From an uncultured bacterium (GTDB lineage Bacteria > Krumholzibacteriota > Krumholzibacteriia > LZORAL124-64-63): 64,000 bases of DNA. Where the stretch lies: positions 64,001 to 128,000 of the forward strand of contig CAVSGO010000007.1 in NCBI GenBank assembly GCA_963727525.1. The letters run 5' to 3'. Position numbers and translations under genes: made by a program. Each line of letters opens with the position of its first letter. Within the stretch, counting starts at the first letter, position 1. Below are positions 9,943-20,600 of the stretch, in pieces. The notes under the pieces were generated by a model. That model was not told the DNA's origin and did not search any database. It saw nothing but the letters and a program-made list of their open reading frames with translations.

Positions 9943-10315
9943 GATATGATCCCTTGAACCGCCGCGGCGGCGTTTGGCGATGACAGTCCTGAGTCAGGGG
10001 AGTTGGAACCCCCGATGGAGATCATAAATCATTCGGCGAAACCAAGTCTAGACATAAAAAGTTTTAGACAATCAAAGTTCATGAATCCCGGCGATTTCAG
10101 CTGGTTCAACGTCGGAAGAATACCGGCGAAGATCGGTCCCAGGGTCTGGCCCAGACGCAGCACCGTGCCGTCAGGGTCATCAGGGGCATCAGGGCCTTCC
10201 CGAAGTCGATGGGCTGGCTGCTGCCGCGCAGGCTAGAGACATCCGACCCATTTTTTTAGAAATCCGTGCACTAATTCGGCGCGACCGCGCATGGGGGAGT
10301 ATCCTTATTGGCACC

Positions 10316-13300
10316 ATGACGGCATGTTCCACCAGCCTGGAGCTCATCATGACGAACGGACCTCGACGTTTCGCCCTTTGGGGAATCAATCTATCCATCA
10401 TCCTCCTGATTGCCGCAGGGCCCGCACTGGCCACGCCGCCGCGCGACCGTCTGGCCGGCCGCGAAGCCGCGCGCCAGGCGTTTCTCGCCTCCGGGTACCA
10501 GTCGCCGACTGTGGTCGTCGACGGCACCCCGCGGGCGCTTCCCACGGGTGAGGCCGTGGCTGCCCCGAGTTTGCCGCGAGCCGCGACCGGGCGTTCCGGT
10601 GACGTCCAACCTACCCCCGGTGCGGTCACCAGCCTCTCGACGATCGTCGACGAGGCCGGCATGGGAGTCCCGCTGGGCGGCGATGATGTGGAGGTGGCCT
10701 GGTCCACAAGCTTCTCGGGGTCAGCGTTTCTCCAGATCACGAGCGACGGGCGCTACTTTGGTGCCGTTGCCATCGGGGGGAGTGTGTTGGTGTACCGCTC
10801 CCTCGACCATGGCGAAACGTGGACACTGTGGAGCGAGTTCATGGACCCGACGGGCTATGTACTGTGGGTCACCGAGTTCATTGTGGCCGAGGGCGCCGCG
10901 AACCGCGCCATGTTTGCATACTCAAGTGGCGGCGAGGTGCGTCTCGCCTATGCCGACATCGATGTCCCGGCCGCGCCGTGGACCATCGTCACGGTGCTTT
11001 CCGGGGGCGGCGTAACGCACGGTGCGAACAACCGCATCGACATCGCGACCGACGCGGAGGCGTACAGCTCGTACTTTGTGTACGTCGTGGCGCAGAGCGA
11101 CGATGGCAACGGGGACGACATCTGGTTTGCACGCTCCGTGAACATGGGGACGTCGTTCGAGCCGGGCTACCGGATTGCGACGTCCGGCGTGGGCGGATAT
11201 GAATATCACTCGGATCCGTCCATCGACTATGGGTTCGACGACTATCTGCACGTGTCGTGGTCGGCACATGACACGACACCCACAGCGGCCACCGACGGGC
11301 GCTATCGGCGCGCGGCCAGCTGGGCCGACGGTGGCGTGGCGGCATGGCAGGCGGAGCAGACGCTCACCCCCCAGCTTCCCACCGGCGACTCTGTGCCACT
11401 TCGGATTGGTGCATCGGTCAACGACGGCCATGTATTCGTCACCTTCTTGAACTTCACCACGACCCAGCCGGAACTGCAATTCTCCACGGACAGTGGTGCG
11501 ACCTGGCCGGTTGCCAATCGCGCGTACTCGGACGTGCCGCAAGGATCCGGTATGACCCCGGTGGAACTCCCGGGCGGGAATCTCGCCATGATCGGAGCAA
11601 AGAGCTCCGGCACTATCGGGGACCTCTTCATGGATATTGTCGTGTCCCGCTCCACGCTGGTCGACCCCACAGCGTGGGGCGCCTTCGAGAGCTTCTCGCA
11701 TCATTCGTGGCCGGGTGGAGCTTATGGCCGAGCGGAATCACTGATTTCAGACCCGGCCTTTGGCAACCGCCTCGCCACGTTGTGGGTGCAGACCGCGGAC
11801 TCGCGCAAGGTTCTGCGTTTTGATGCCGAGTGGCGCCGCGACCCCGGCTATCCCAACACCGACATCGGTTTCCCGATTGCGATCAGCGGTGGCGGCCAGA
11901 CCCCGCCCGCGGTGGCCGAAGTGGATGGCGACCCCCAGAAGGAGATCGTCTTCGCGACCATCTCCGGTGACATCCATGTCGTGAACCACGACGGCACGCC
12001 CGTTTCCGGGTGGCCGGTCAACATTGGTGCGATCCCGTACGACGCGCCGGTTGCGGTGGGCGATCTGGTGGGCAACGGCATCCCGTACGTCGTGTGCGGC
12101 AACGCCGCGGGACAGGTTTACGCGTTCAAGCCGGATGGAACGCCGGTTCCAGGCTGGCCGGTGTCCATGAACGCCGCCGCGTCGGTGTACGTTTCTATCG
12201 GTGCGCTCGGACCGCCCAATCCGCGCTACGTGGTGGCGGTGTGTAACCACGAGATGCGCGTGATTCGTTACGACGGCACCAACGTCTCGCCCGCGTGGGG
12301 CACATTTACCGATGCCTTTACGCGGCCGGCCGCAATTGGTGACATCGACAACGACGGTGTCACGGAGATCGTCACACTCAAGGGTGCCTGGTTCCATGCC
12401 AACCGGCTGGATCAAGGGTCACCGGCGGCGTTCCGCAACTTCCCGGGCGAGGTATTCAGCGACGCGCCGACGCTGGCGGATATCGATGGCAACGGCACGC
12501 TGGAGATTGCCGCGCCCACGGTGAGCGGCAAGATGTTCTTGCTGAAGAACGACGGAACCAACTACTCGGCCTCATGGCCCATCACCGTGTCGCCGGGTAT
12601 CGCACTGACGTCGGCCGCCATGGGTCAGATTCTCGGCACAAGTGAGCCCGAACTCGTGTTTGGGGAGGCAACCGGAGCCGTGCACGTCCGCTACTTCACC
12701 GGGGCCGAGCAGACCGGCTACCCGCTGGCGTCGGGTAGTTCGTCGCTGTACATGCCGCCCATGCTCTCGCCGGTCAACGTCAGCGGATCCAACGTCAACG
12801 TCGGGACCACCGGTGGGCTCTATGGAACCGCGCTGAGCTGGCGGAACATCCCGGGTAGTCCTGTCGTGGGCTGGCCGAAGAACCTTCCCGGATTTGTCGA
12901 AGAGACCTTTGCCAGCGGGGACATCGACCTCGACGGCCGCAACGAACTCGTGGTGTTGGGCCTCGACTTCCTGACCGTGCTCGACGTGGGAACCCCGCCG
13001 ATGGCCACGCCGCGCAACCACTGGCCCATGTACGGCTACAACGCGCAGCGCACCGGATGCCTGGCGTGCGCCGACATTCTCACGGGTGTGGGGGATGAAC
13101 CCGGGCTCGAGCTGTCGACGACGCTCAACGCGCACCCCAATCCCTTCAACCCGGCCACGACCATCGAGTATGATGTGGCACGTGCGGGCACGGTGTCGCT
13201 GGAGATCTTCGATGTGGCAGGGCACCGCGTGGCGACGCTGATCAACCGTGAGTATCGCCCCGCGGGCCACTTCTCGTTCAGCTACAACGCCAAACTGACG

Positions 13301-13372
13301 AGCGGCGTTTACTTTGCGCGTCTGCGCACCGCCGGAGGCGAAGCCACGCGCAAGATCTTGCTACTGAAGTAA
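10316..13372 (+). CDS. secreted BNR/FG-GAP repeat protein with C-terminal sorting domain
   Basis: SxDxGxTW boxes, several GDIDxDG and GWP motifs, HPNPFNP..IFDVAGHRVATL..SGVYF. Start may be 10349. Confidence 0.85.
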   Translation: MTACSTSLELIMTNGPRRFALWGINLSIILLIAAGPALATPPRDRLAGREAARQAFLASGYQSPTVVVDGTPRALPTGEAVAAPSLPRAATGRSGDVQPTPGAVTSLSTIVDEAGMGVPLGGDDVEVAWSTSFSGSAFLQITSDGRYFGAVAIGGSVLVYRSLDHGETWTLWSEFMDPTGYVLWVTEFIVAEGAANRAMFAYSSGGEVRLAYADIDVPAAPWTIVTVLSGGGVTHGANNRIDIATDAEAYSSYFVYVVAQSDDGNGDDIWFARSVNMGTSFEPGYRIATSGVGGYEYHSDPSIDYGFDDYLHVSWSAHDTTPTAATDGRYRRAASWADGGVAAWQAEQTLTPQLPTGDSVPLRIGASVNDGHVFVTFLNFTTTQPELQFSTDSGATWPVANRAYSDVPQGSGMTPVELPGGNLAMIGAKSSGTIGDLFMDIVVSRSTLVDPTAWGAFESFSHHSWPGGAYGRAESLISDPAFGNRLATLWVQTADSRKVLRFDAEWRRDPGYPNTDIGFPIAISGGGQTPPAVAEVDGDPQKEIVFATISGDIHVVNHDGTPVSGWPVNIGAIPYDAPVAVGDLVGNGIPYVVCGNAAGQVYAFKPDGTPVPGWPVSMNAAASVYVSIGALGPPNPRYVVAVCNHEMRVIRYDGTNVSPAWGTFTDAFTRPAAIGDIDNDGVTEIVTLKGAWFHANRLDQGSPAAFRNFPGEVFSDAPTLADIDGNGTLEIAAPTVSGKMFLLKNDGTNYSASWPITVSPGIALTSAAMGQILGTSEPELVFGEATGAVHVRYFTGAEQTGYPLASGSSSLYMPPMLSPVNVSGSNVNVGTTGGLYGTALSWRNIPGSPVVGWPKNLPGFVEETFASGDIDLDGRNELVVLGLDFLTVLDVGTPPMATPRNHWPMYGYNAQRTGCLACADILTGVGDEPGLELSTTLNAHPNPFNPATTIEYDVARAGTVSLEIFDVAGHRVATLINREYRPAGHFSFSYNAKLTSGVYFARLRTAGGEATRKILLLK

Positions 13373-13384
13373 TCGCGACGTCCA

Positions 13385-13421
13385 CGGCGGGCGCGGAACC
13401 CAGTCCATTCCGTGCCCGCCG
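13385..13421. terminator. GC-rich hairpin between convergent genes
   Basis: CGGCGGGCGCGGAA-9 nt-TTCCGTGCCCGCCG; no U tract. Confidence 0.45.
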
Positions 13422-13432
13422 CCGGAGTCGTC

Positions 13433-13690
13433 CTATCGGTAGAACGTTTTCACGCCACACCAGATCTTAGATTCCACCGGATTGGGTGCACTGAACTGAC
13501 AAAAGGCAATGTTGTCGATGGCGACGTTGTCGCCGGTTGCCCCGAGACTACACGTGTCGATGGCAATGATGAGAACCTGCGCCTGAAGCGGGGGGCTGAA
13601 GGTCGGCGTGTCGTGCCCGATGGCGGTGGTCGGCACGTCGCTCTGGCTGAACAGCACCGTCCCCTGCCCGTCGCGTACGCTCACGGGGCT
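13433..13690 (-). pseudogene. 3' remnant of a secreted protein with an xxWGxxKxxYR-like tail
   Basis: ...NVAIDNIAFCQFSAPNPVESKIWCGVKTFYR*; 5' part replaced by the IS91 remnant. Confidence 0.6.
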
Positions 13691-14363
13691 GATACTCGCC
13701 CCACTGCGCAAACACCGCCGCCAGTAAAGCGGGGTGCTGGCGCCGGGGGAGAGGTTACGCACGGCGGAGACGTAGACCGCCGGCCTCGCACGTACAGTGT
13801 TGCAGGCACTTGAGCGCGCACGAGTGACGATGGGGATGACGGAATCGACCGCGCCGCGTCCCAAAGCTTCTCGCAACTGGGCGCTGCTGCTGGCGCGGAT
13901 CTACGACTCTCGGCCGTTGCAGTGCCCACGATGCGGCAGCGCGACGACCGTCCTGGCATTCATCCTGGACCCGGCGGTGATCAAGCGGATCCTCGATCAC
14001 CTGAACCTGGAGAGTGAGCCGCCGGTCACATTGCCGGCGCGTTCACCGCCGCAAGGGGAACTGGAGTTCGCGCCGGCGCCGGGTCGAGTGACCTGGACGA
14101 GAGCTGAGAATCCCGGACCTGAGATCGCACGACAGCGAGGCCCGACAGTCGACCGGTGGGGGCGGTCTGCTCAGCAGGGGCGCAATCAGGCGATCCGCAT
14201 CGCCGAACAACGCCGCGGGTCGATGTTGGCGGGCGCGTCGGGAGGTTCACAGGCGAATCTCGTGCGAACGCGCGGCGAAAGTGTGGTTGAAACGAGCCAG
14301 AGAGCTGGCGCCATGGGGGAAAGGGGGTTCGAAGACGTGGTCTGTTTGTCTATACGCATACGC
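13690..14363 (+). mobile_element. IS91/ISCR-like remnant (copy C): transposase C-terminus, spacer and oriIS-like end
   Basis: PLRKHRR.*.GVLAP..WALLLARIYDSRPLQCPRCG..AFILDPAVIKRILDHL..PARSPPQ; ends GTCTGTTTGTCTATACGC. Confidence 0.85.
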
Positions 14364-14517
14364 TCAGGTGGAGTTTCCGAACATCGACGAGGGATTTCGC
14401 AAGCAGCACGCTTCCGCCGCGTTCTGACGCACGGTGCCGTCGCGGCGCCGTGCAACTTCTCTGGCTCCCCTGCGTCCAGATAGCCCCGACCCGGTCACTC
14501 CACTCCAGGGGGTTCCC

Positions 14518-15813
14518 ATGGCCCGCAAGATGACCATTCTGATCGCCGCCGTCGTCGCCCTTGTCGCTGCCGGCGCCCGCGCCGACACGCCGCTCGCCGC
14601 ACGCATCGACGCCTACCTCGCGCCCCTCGTCGACGCCGGTCAGGTGTCGGGCACGTTGCTGGTGGCACGCGGCGACGATGTCATCTACGAGCGCTCGTTC
14701 GGCCTCGCCGATGCCGAACGCAGCATTCCCAACGCGCCCGACCTGCCTTCATGCGTCGCGTCGATCACCAAGCCGATGACGCTCGTCGTCGCCATCAAGC
14801 TGATCGAGGCGGGAAAGATCGGGATGAACGATCCGCTGGAGAAGTGGTTTCCCGGGTTCCCGCGTGGCGACCGCATCACGTTCCTCCACGTGCTACGCCA
14901 CCGTGCCGGGTTTCCCCACCGGGTGACGACGGATGAGGAGGAGAATTCGCCCATCACGGGCGCCGAGATGGTCGAGCGGATGATCGCGCAGGTGACCAGG
15001 GACGGCTTCCTCGCGGAACCGGGCGCCCGGAGTATTTACAGTTCGGCCGGCTACAGCGTGGCGGCGCGCATGTGCGAGCTGGCCGCCGGCGCGCCGTTCC
15101 AACAGGTGATCCGGGACAGCATCTTCGCGCCGGCCGGTATGACGCATAGCTTCGATCCCAGGCCCGGTGAGGCGCTGCCGCCGCACGCGGAAAGCTACAC
15201 CGACACCTGGCCGGGAGTCCGCGCGACCGACACCAAGGATTATGCCTTCCTCGTCGGCGCGGGGTCGGTGTTCTCGACCGCGCACGACGTATACGCGTTC
15301 CTGCACGCCGTCGTCGATACCGTCTATGGTGCCGGCGCACGCGCCTCCCTCGACCGCGACGGCGGCATGAGCGAGAACGGCATCACCAATGGCTACCGCG
15401 CCTTCGCCGACTACACCGACTCCACCGGCGTCTACGTCGTCTTCACCGGCAACCGCTACACCGGCGCGACCGATTGGCTGCGCGCGGACATCCCGCGCAT
15501 CGTCGCCGGCGAGGACGTGGCCGCACGCGCGATTCCCAGCATCACGAGGGCCGCGCTCACTGACGAGCAGGCGCAAGCCCTCGCGGGGGCGTGGGTGTCG
15601 ACGCAGGGAAGCCCGATGACGGTGACCGTGCGCGACGGACTCGTGTACGCGGGGTGGTACTCCCTCATCCCCACGTCGCCGACGACGTTCTTTGCGCCCG
15701 GCGGCTACGGCACCGCGACATTCACGGTCGAGCATGGGCGCGCGGTACGCCTGGACTGGGCGATGGCCGATACGACGCAGCCGAACCTGGTCTGGACGCG
15801 ACCGGAGGATTGA
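14518..15813 (+). CDS. serine hydrolase, beta-lactamase class C/AmpC-like family, secreted
   Basis: Signal peptide, ASITK (SxxK), LRHRAG, YSS in the YxN position, IFAPAGMTHS. Confidence 0.9.
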   Translation: MARKMTILIAAVVALVAAGARADTPLAARIDAYLAPLVDAGQVSGTLLVARGDDVIYERSFGLADAERSIPNAPDLPSCVASITKPMTLVVAIKLIEAGKIGMNDPLEKWFPGFPRGDRITFLHVLRHRAGFPHRVTTDEEENSPITGAEMVERMIAQVTRDGFLAEPGARSIYSSAGYSVAARMCELAAGAPFQQVIRDSIFAPAGMTHSFDPRPGEALPPHAESYTDTWPGVRATDTKDYAFLVGAGSVFSTAHDVYAFLHAVVDTVYGAGARASLDRDGGMSENGITNGYRAFADYTDSTGVYVVFTGNRYTGATDWLRADIPRIVAGEDVAARAIPSITRAALTDEQAQALAGAWVSTQGSPMTVTVRDGLVYAGWYSLIPTSPTTFFAPGGYGTATFTVEHGRAVRLDWAMADTTQPNLVWTRPED

Positions 15814-15984
15814 CGATCGGCCGCGGCACAGGTCCACTCGTCGAAGAGACCATTCCTGTCTCGATGTCCTTGTTCTCGCCGGTGGTTTCAGCGGATGGTA
15901 ACGTCACATGTGGTACAATCGGCAAGGTGCGACGGCGTGCCGGAAAAGCACCCTACCTCTGTCCGCCACGTGGGGGGAGCAACG

Positions 15985-16545
15985 ATGAAGACTGCCATGG
16001 CGATCCTGCTGGTCGGCTTCGCCACCACCACGGCGGATGCCGATCCACCGTGTTTCGGCTACGCGACGGCACCACGCCCGCGTGGTCGGCGCCGAACTCC
16101 GTCCAGAAGAAGAGCCAGTCCTTGCGCCAGATGGCCACGGATCGGATTTGGCGCTCGAGATGATTCGTGTCCAGAGGGACGGCGCGGTCATCGAATTCGA
16201 TCAGTACTCCGTGGGCCGTGGCGAGGGGTGTACGGATCACACAATGCCAATCACCGGGCATGGGAATGGGTTCTCGGGCGGCTCGGACGCCACCGTACTC
16301 CTCGGAAGGCGGGACGGGAATCAGATCGAATTGCATGACAATCACATCCTCAACAACGGCGGTCTGAGCGTACGGGTATACGCGCAGAGGACGGATGAAG
16401 ACCCGGACCACATCGATCTGAGTGACAACTACTGGGGGACGACCGATCCGGCGCAGATCGCAATGTGGATCAACGACTAGAACGACTATGATCCGCGAGA
16501 CAACTTCTATTCGTGGGTCATCGTGGATTACGCACCGTTCTTGTT
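15985..16545 (+). pseudogene. decayed secreted beta-helix-like protein
   Basis: Signal peptide MKTAMAILLVG; in another frame HDNHILNNGG..IDLSDNYWGTTDP..WIND*..VDYAPFL. Confidence 0.5.
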
Positions 16546-16615
16546 GTATACTCGTGTTCATCTTGTCGCGGCAGCTAGGCCGCATCGGCCGATGACATGA
16601 ACATGGGGAGGCATC

Positions 16616-17524
16616 GTGGTGAAGCTCTTGAAGGTGCTGGCTATCGCTCTAATGGTGGTCCTGGTCTGCGGATGGCCCCGGGCGAGTCGGGCGGCGGTCA
16701 CGGAGTACTTCTTCCCCAACCAGATCGGCACCATGGTGGAAGAGGGCCCGGATTACGACACCATCAGCTGCCAGGGCTTCCAGTTCACCTATACCCGGGA
16801 CAAGTTCTTCACCGGGGGTGGCAGCGAGCCCATCGGCCGCCCGGTCAGCGTGGCCTGGCCCGACGGAATCGAGGCACAGTACGTCTCCGCCGGCCCGAAC
16901 CCCCGCAAGGCGGAGATTCTGGTGCGGCGCGTCGACGGTCAGATCTTCGACCTCACCGCCTTCACGGTGCAACTGCTGGCCAACGCGGGTGCCGGTCGGG
17001 CCATCGAGATCGTCCCCATGCTCAACGGCGAGGAACCCCTGAACGACCCGCTGTACTTCGACGTCTCGGGGGCCTACGGCCAGTCCTTCTCCTACGACAC
17101 CTCGCCCAATCCCCAAGGGTCAACCGCCGAGCTCGTGAATTACGATGCCTACAGGATCACCCTCACACTCGACTTCGCGCTCACCGCCCTGACCCTCAGC
17201 GACCAGTACCCGCCGTCGGCTGTCGAGATCGGCGCTCTGGCCGCGTCCGGGCTCCTCGTTTCGCCCAATCCGACCGGCGGACGCGTGCAGATCAGCCACG
17301 CCGGCGCCAAGTCCGCCGGGGCCGGCCCGGTCTCGGTGTACTCGATCCGGGGAGTCCGCGTGCGTTCCGTCGCGCTGGACGGCGCCGGGAACGCGACATG
17401 GGACCTGTGCGACGACCACGGCCGACTGGTACCCGCCGGCGTCTATTTCCTGCGCGAGGATGCGCGGATGGGGGCGTCGGGCTCGCGGAAGGTCTCTGGT
17501 CGTGAGGTGATGGGGAACGCCTAG
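16616..17524 (+). CDS. secreted protein with C-terminal FlgD-like sorting domain
   Basis: GGAGG RBS, signal peptide, VSPNP..VYSIRGVRVR..WDLCDDHGRLVPAGVYF. Confidence 0.8.
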   Translation: MVKLLKVLAIALMVVLVCGWPRASRAAVTEYFFPNQIGTMVEEGPDYDTISCQGFQFTYTRDKFFTGGGSEPIGRPVSVAWPDGIEAQYVSAGPNPRKAEILVRRVDGQIFDLTAFTVQLLANAGAGRAIEIVPMLNGEEPLNDPLYFDVSGAYGQSFSYDTSPNPQGSTAELVNYDAYRITLTLDFALTALTLSDQYPPSAVEIGALAASGLLVSPNPTGGRVQISHAGAKSAGAGPVSVYSIRGVRVRSVALDGAGNATWDLCDDHGRLVPAGVYFLREDARMGASGSRKVSGREVMGNA

Positions 17525-17721
17525 TCGAGCCCCGATTTTCGTCTCCCTGGGCCCCGGCAAGAGTCGGGGCCCTCTCTCCATGTTGCCGAGACGACTCGCG
17601 CGGTCCGGCTCGCGCGGTGAGGGCGCCGTCGCAGCCGTGGGGTGGGCGCCCGGTTGTGCTCGACAGCGACACCGCGGCTGCGTAACCTCGGGCTCCATGT
17701 CGCAGGACCGAGGAGTCGACG

Positions 17722-18465
17722 ATGCCCTGGACCCCCACGCAGCTCGCAGCCTTGCCGTGTCACGACGGCTTCCGCTTGCGCGGCCTCGAGATGACGCGCC
17801 TGGAGACCTTCTGCGATGCCGCGTTCGCCTTCGCGGTGACGCTGCTGGTCATCTCCGGCAGCGGCATCCCGCGCAGCTATGACGAACTGACCCTTGCGCT
17901 CAAGGACGTGCCCGCCTTCGCGGCGAGCTTCGTGGCCATCGCGCGCGTCTGGTGGTCGCATCGCCAGTGGAGCCGGCGGTTCGGCCTGGAGGACGGAGTC
18001 ACTACCTTTGTGAGCCTGGGCATGGTGTTCGTGATGCTCGTCTACGTCTATCCGCTGAAGATGATGTTCGGCGCATTCGCTGCCTACGCGAGCGGCGGAT
18101 ACTTCCCCTCGCGGTTCGTCATGGCGGACGCGACGGACCTGACCGGGCTGTTCGTCATCTACGGTTTCGGGTTCGCGGCTCAGATGGCCATGCTGGCCCT
18201 GTTGCACGTGCGCGCGCTGAAGGCCGGCGCCGACCTCGGTCTCGATGCCGGCGAGCGGTTGCGCACCCGCCAGTCAGTGGCGAGCAACGTCCTGCTCACC
18301 CTCACCGGCCTCGCATCGGCCCTGTTCGCCCTGGCAATGCCAACGCGCTGGGGCGTGTGGGCGGGATTCGTCTACATGACGCTGCCGATCACCATGCCAC
18401 TTCTCGTGCGCCACCAGGCCCGGCAACGATCCCGCGTCGTCGCGGCGTCCGTGGCGCCGGACTAG
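17722..18465 (+). CDS. TMEM175/DUF1211 family potassium channel-like protein
   Basis: RLETFCDAAFAFAVTLLVI (FSD-motif helix), SF..IARVWWSH, about six TM segments. Confidence 0.88.
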   Translation: MPWTPTQLAALPCHDGFRLRGLEMTRLETFCDAAFAFAVTLLVISGSGIPRSYDELTLALKDVPAFAASFVAIARVWWSHRQWSRRFGLEDGVTTFVSLGMVFVMLVYVYPLKMMFGAFAAYASGGYFPSRFVMADATDLTGLFVIYGFGFAAQMAMLALLHVRALKAGADLGLDAGERLRTRQSVASNVLLTLTGLASALFALAMPTRWGVWAGFVYMTLPITMPLLVRHQARQRSRVVAASVAPD

Positions 18466-18491
18466 TGTGATTGGTTCCGGCGCCACTGGCA

Positions 18492-18504
18492 TAAGATGTT
18501 GATA
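18492..18504 (-). promoter_or_regulatory. IHF-consensus site in an AT-rich patch
   Basis: Minus strand TATCAACATCTTA matches WATCAANNNNTTR. Confidence 0.4.
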
Positions 18505-18669
18505 TAAAATGAATTGTATAATATACGACGAAACGTCGACCGCTGGCGATCGCCAGTTTCCGGTTGCCTGTTCACGCCGTGAACAAACATCATTCACGGT
18601 ATGGATACCGTTCACCGGGCCGTCGAGAAGGCGCGGCGGGCGGGTCTGGATGCCATGCCGGCGGTGGTC

Positions 18670-18850
18670 GTCACGGGTTCCGCAAACCTGCTGTCCATGC
18701 GCCGGGTTTCCGGATCCCTCGCCGGACGTACGAGCTAGGTCACGCTCTGGCCGATGACCCGCCACGAGTCGCTCGGTCTGGGGCGGTGCGCCTTATGGGA
18801 GGAACTCATCGCCGCCAGGGACGCGGACTGGCGCGAACTCCTGGCCGACG
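18670..18850 (+). pseudogene. internal fragment of an AAA_14/DUF4143 ATPase
   Basis: VTGSANLLSMRRVSGSLAGRTS*VTLWPMTRHE. Confidence 0.65.
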
Positions 18851-18859
18851 CGCAAGCTG

Positions 18860-19232
18860 CGATCTTCGATCCCGCCGTTCATCTCGACGAGGCCTCCATC
18901 ACGCGGTTCGCGATCAGCTGCATCACCGCGGCCTGCGCTGGCTCGTGAAGCACGGCCACGTGGACGGCGCCGCGGCCAGCGAGATGCGCACCTGGCAGCA
19001 CGGTGGCGGCTGGTCCGTGCACGCGCAGGAGGGAGCAGTCGGCGCGGCGGGCGCGGCATCACGCGATCCGGCTCGCGGAACGACGTAACCAGCCGGTCGC
19101 GGTGGACAGGTCGTGAGGTTCACAGGCGATTCTCGCGCGAGCACACGGCGAAAGAATAGTGGAATCGAGATGACGCGGCCGCGTGTTGGCGGAAACCGCG
19201 GTTCGAAAATGGCGTCAGTTTTTACTGTACGC
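18860..19232 (+). mobile_element. IS91/ISCR-like remnant (copy D): internal transposase piece fused to oriIS-like end
   Basis: 18986-19024 is nearly identical to window positions 1-39 (RTWQHGGGWSVHA); 19030-19232 aligns with 32220-32421. Confidence 0.8.
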
Positions 19233-19489
19233 CGTTCTTCCTGCCGCTAAATGCCTTTAGTATTGTATGAATTCAGGAGTCGGCCATGTAAAGAACCGTC
19301 TGCCCTGTCTTACGGTTTTTACCGAATTGAATATATGGATCGGTTGGCATATGTTCGGCCAAAGGTCGCATATCCGGCTACCATCTGAGCGAGTATTCAA
19401 CAGTAAGAAATTTTTACCGGGGCGCAGCAGTATTTGCATGCGCTCTCGGAGTAACCACCAGTCCAACTCTATCAAAGAAGGAGGCCGTT

Positions 19490-20026
19490 ATGAAACGACT
19501 CACCCTCATACTGCTCGCCTTTCTCCTGATGGCCGGACTCCTCGGCTGTTCGGAGAACAGCCCTATCAATGCCACGGAGCCCAGCGCGAACGACCTGGAG
19601 GGCGAAAAGACCAATCCCTGGGTTTACGGCGAGATGTATCAGGATATCATCCAGCCAGCCGAGTGCCTGGGTGAGGACATCCATTTCCTTGGTTCGTTCC
19701 GGCATCGGTACATGGAAGTATCGAACGCGGGCGGTCTCTACCACTTCCGCTGGCAGGCTCTGCCCCACACTCCGAGCAGTCCTGAATTCGTCGCCATCGG
19801 GATGACGAGCGGCACGGTATATGAGCTGAGCAATCAAGGCGGTAGGACTTTCCAGATGATCCTGGAAGGAGCTGCCGACGTCCAGATCATCAATGATACC
19901 GAGGTCTGGATCGCTGAAGACGGCAGCTCATTCACGGTGACCTTCGGTTGGCACTACGTCACCAATGGCAACGGCGATCTGGTCGTTTCTCGTGATGACT
20001 CCTGGAGTATCGACTGCTCGGATTGA
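19490..20026 (+). CDS. hypothetical lipoprotein
   Basis: AAGGAGG RBS; MKR-hydrophobic-LLGC lipobox. Confidence 0.8.
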   Translation: MKRLTLILLAFLLMAGLLGCSENSPINATEPSANDLEGEKTNPWVYGEMYQDIIQPAECLGEDIHFLGSFRHRYMEVSNAGGLYHFRWQALPHTPSSPEFVAIGMTSGTVYELSNQGGRTFQMILEGAADVQIINDTEVWIAEDGSSFTVTFGWHYVTNGNGDLVVSRDDSWSIDCSD

Positions 20027-20110
20027 CCATCGCGGTGCTTTTCCGATCGGCACTCAACCAGGTCACCAGCGAAGTGACAGCAGTGAAGCAAGTATAGCGG
20101 ACATTACTTC

Positions 20111-20171
20111 AGCTAACACCGGTTGCGGCGGGCGGCGCTGGCGTGCCGCCCGCTGTACCGGAGCGTCAAGA
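20111..20171 (+). other. isolated short attC-like site
   Basis: AGCTAAC-ACCGGTTGCGGCGGGCGGCGC-TGGC-GTGCCGCCCGCTGTACCGG-AGC-GTCAAGA; ~61 bp hairpin, R' is GTC rather than GTT. Confidence 0.6.
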
Positions 20172-20600
20172 CGAGAGAGGTCTGCGAGACACAAAGGGCT
20201 TCCGAACAGTCGGCCCGATATGATACGAGATTTACATCGATGGCCAGACATTTTGGTGGGTTCTTCCGTGGCCTGGACAACGATCTCGTCAGTTGATGTC
20301 GGGCAACCCTTCTGCGTCGTTGAGGATGCCGATGACGAGGCCATGCACCCGGCGGATGCGAGTATAGGCGCCGGTGCCGGGTCCGTCGAGGGTGTCGATC
20401 GAGCTGGAACCCGGGGGTCGTGACGGCGCCGGCGCCCGGCAAACCGATCGCCAGCGGCTTTCGCGGCCACCAACGACGATGCAACCGGATCCCCCCATTG
20501 ATACGTAGATGGCGACGTGGCCGCGCGCCTGCGCTAATCGAGGCCGGCTGCCGGCAAAGACACAGACCCTGGACCGCCGCCGCGGCGCCGCGAGGAGCGA

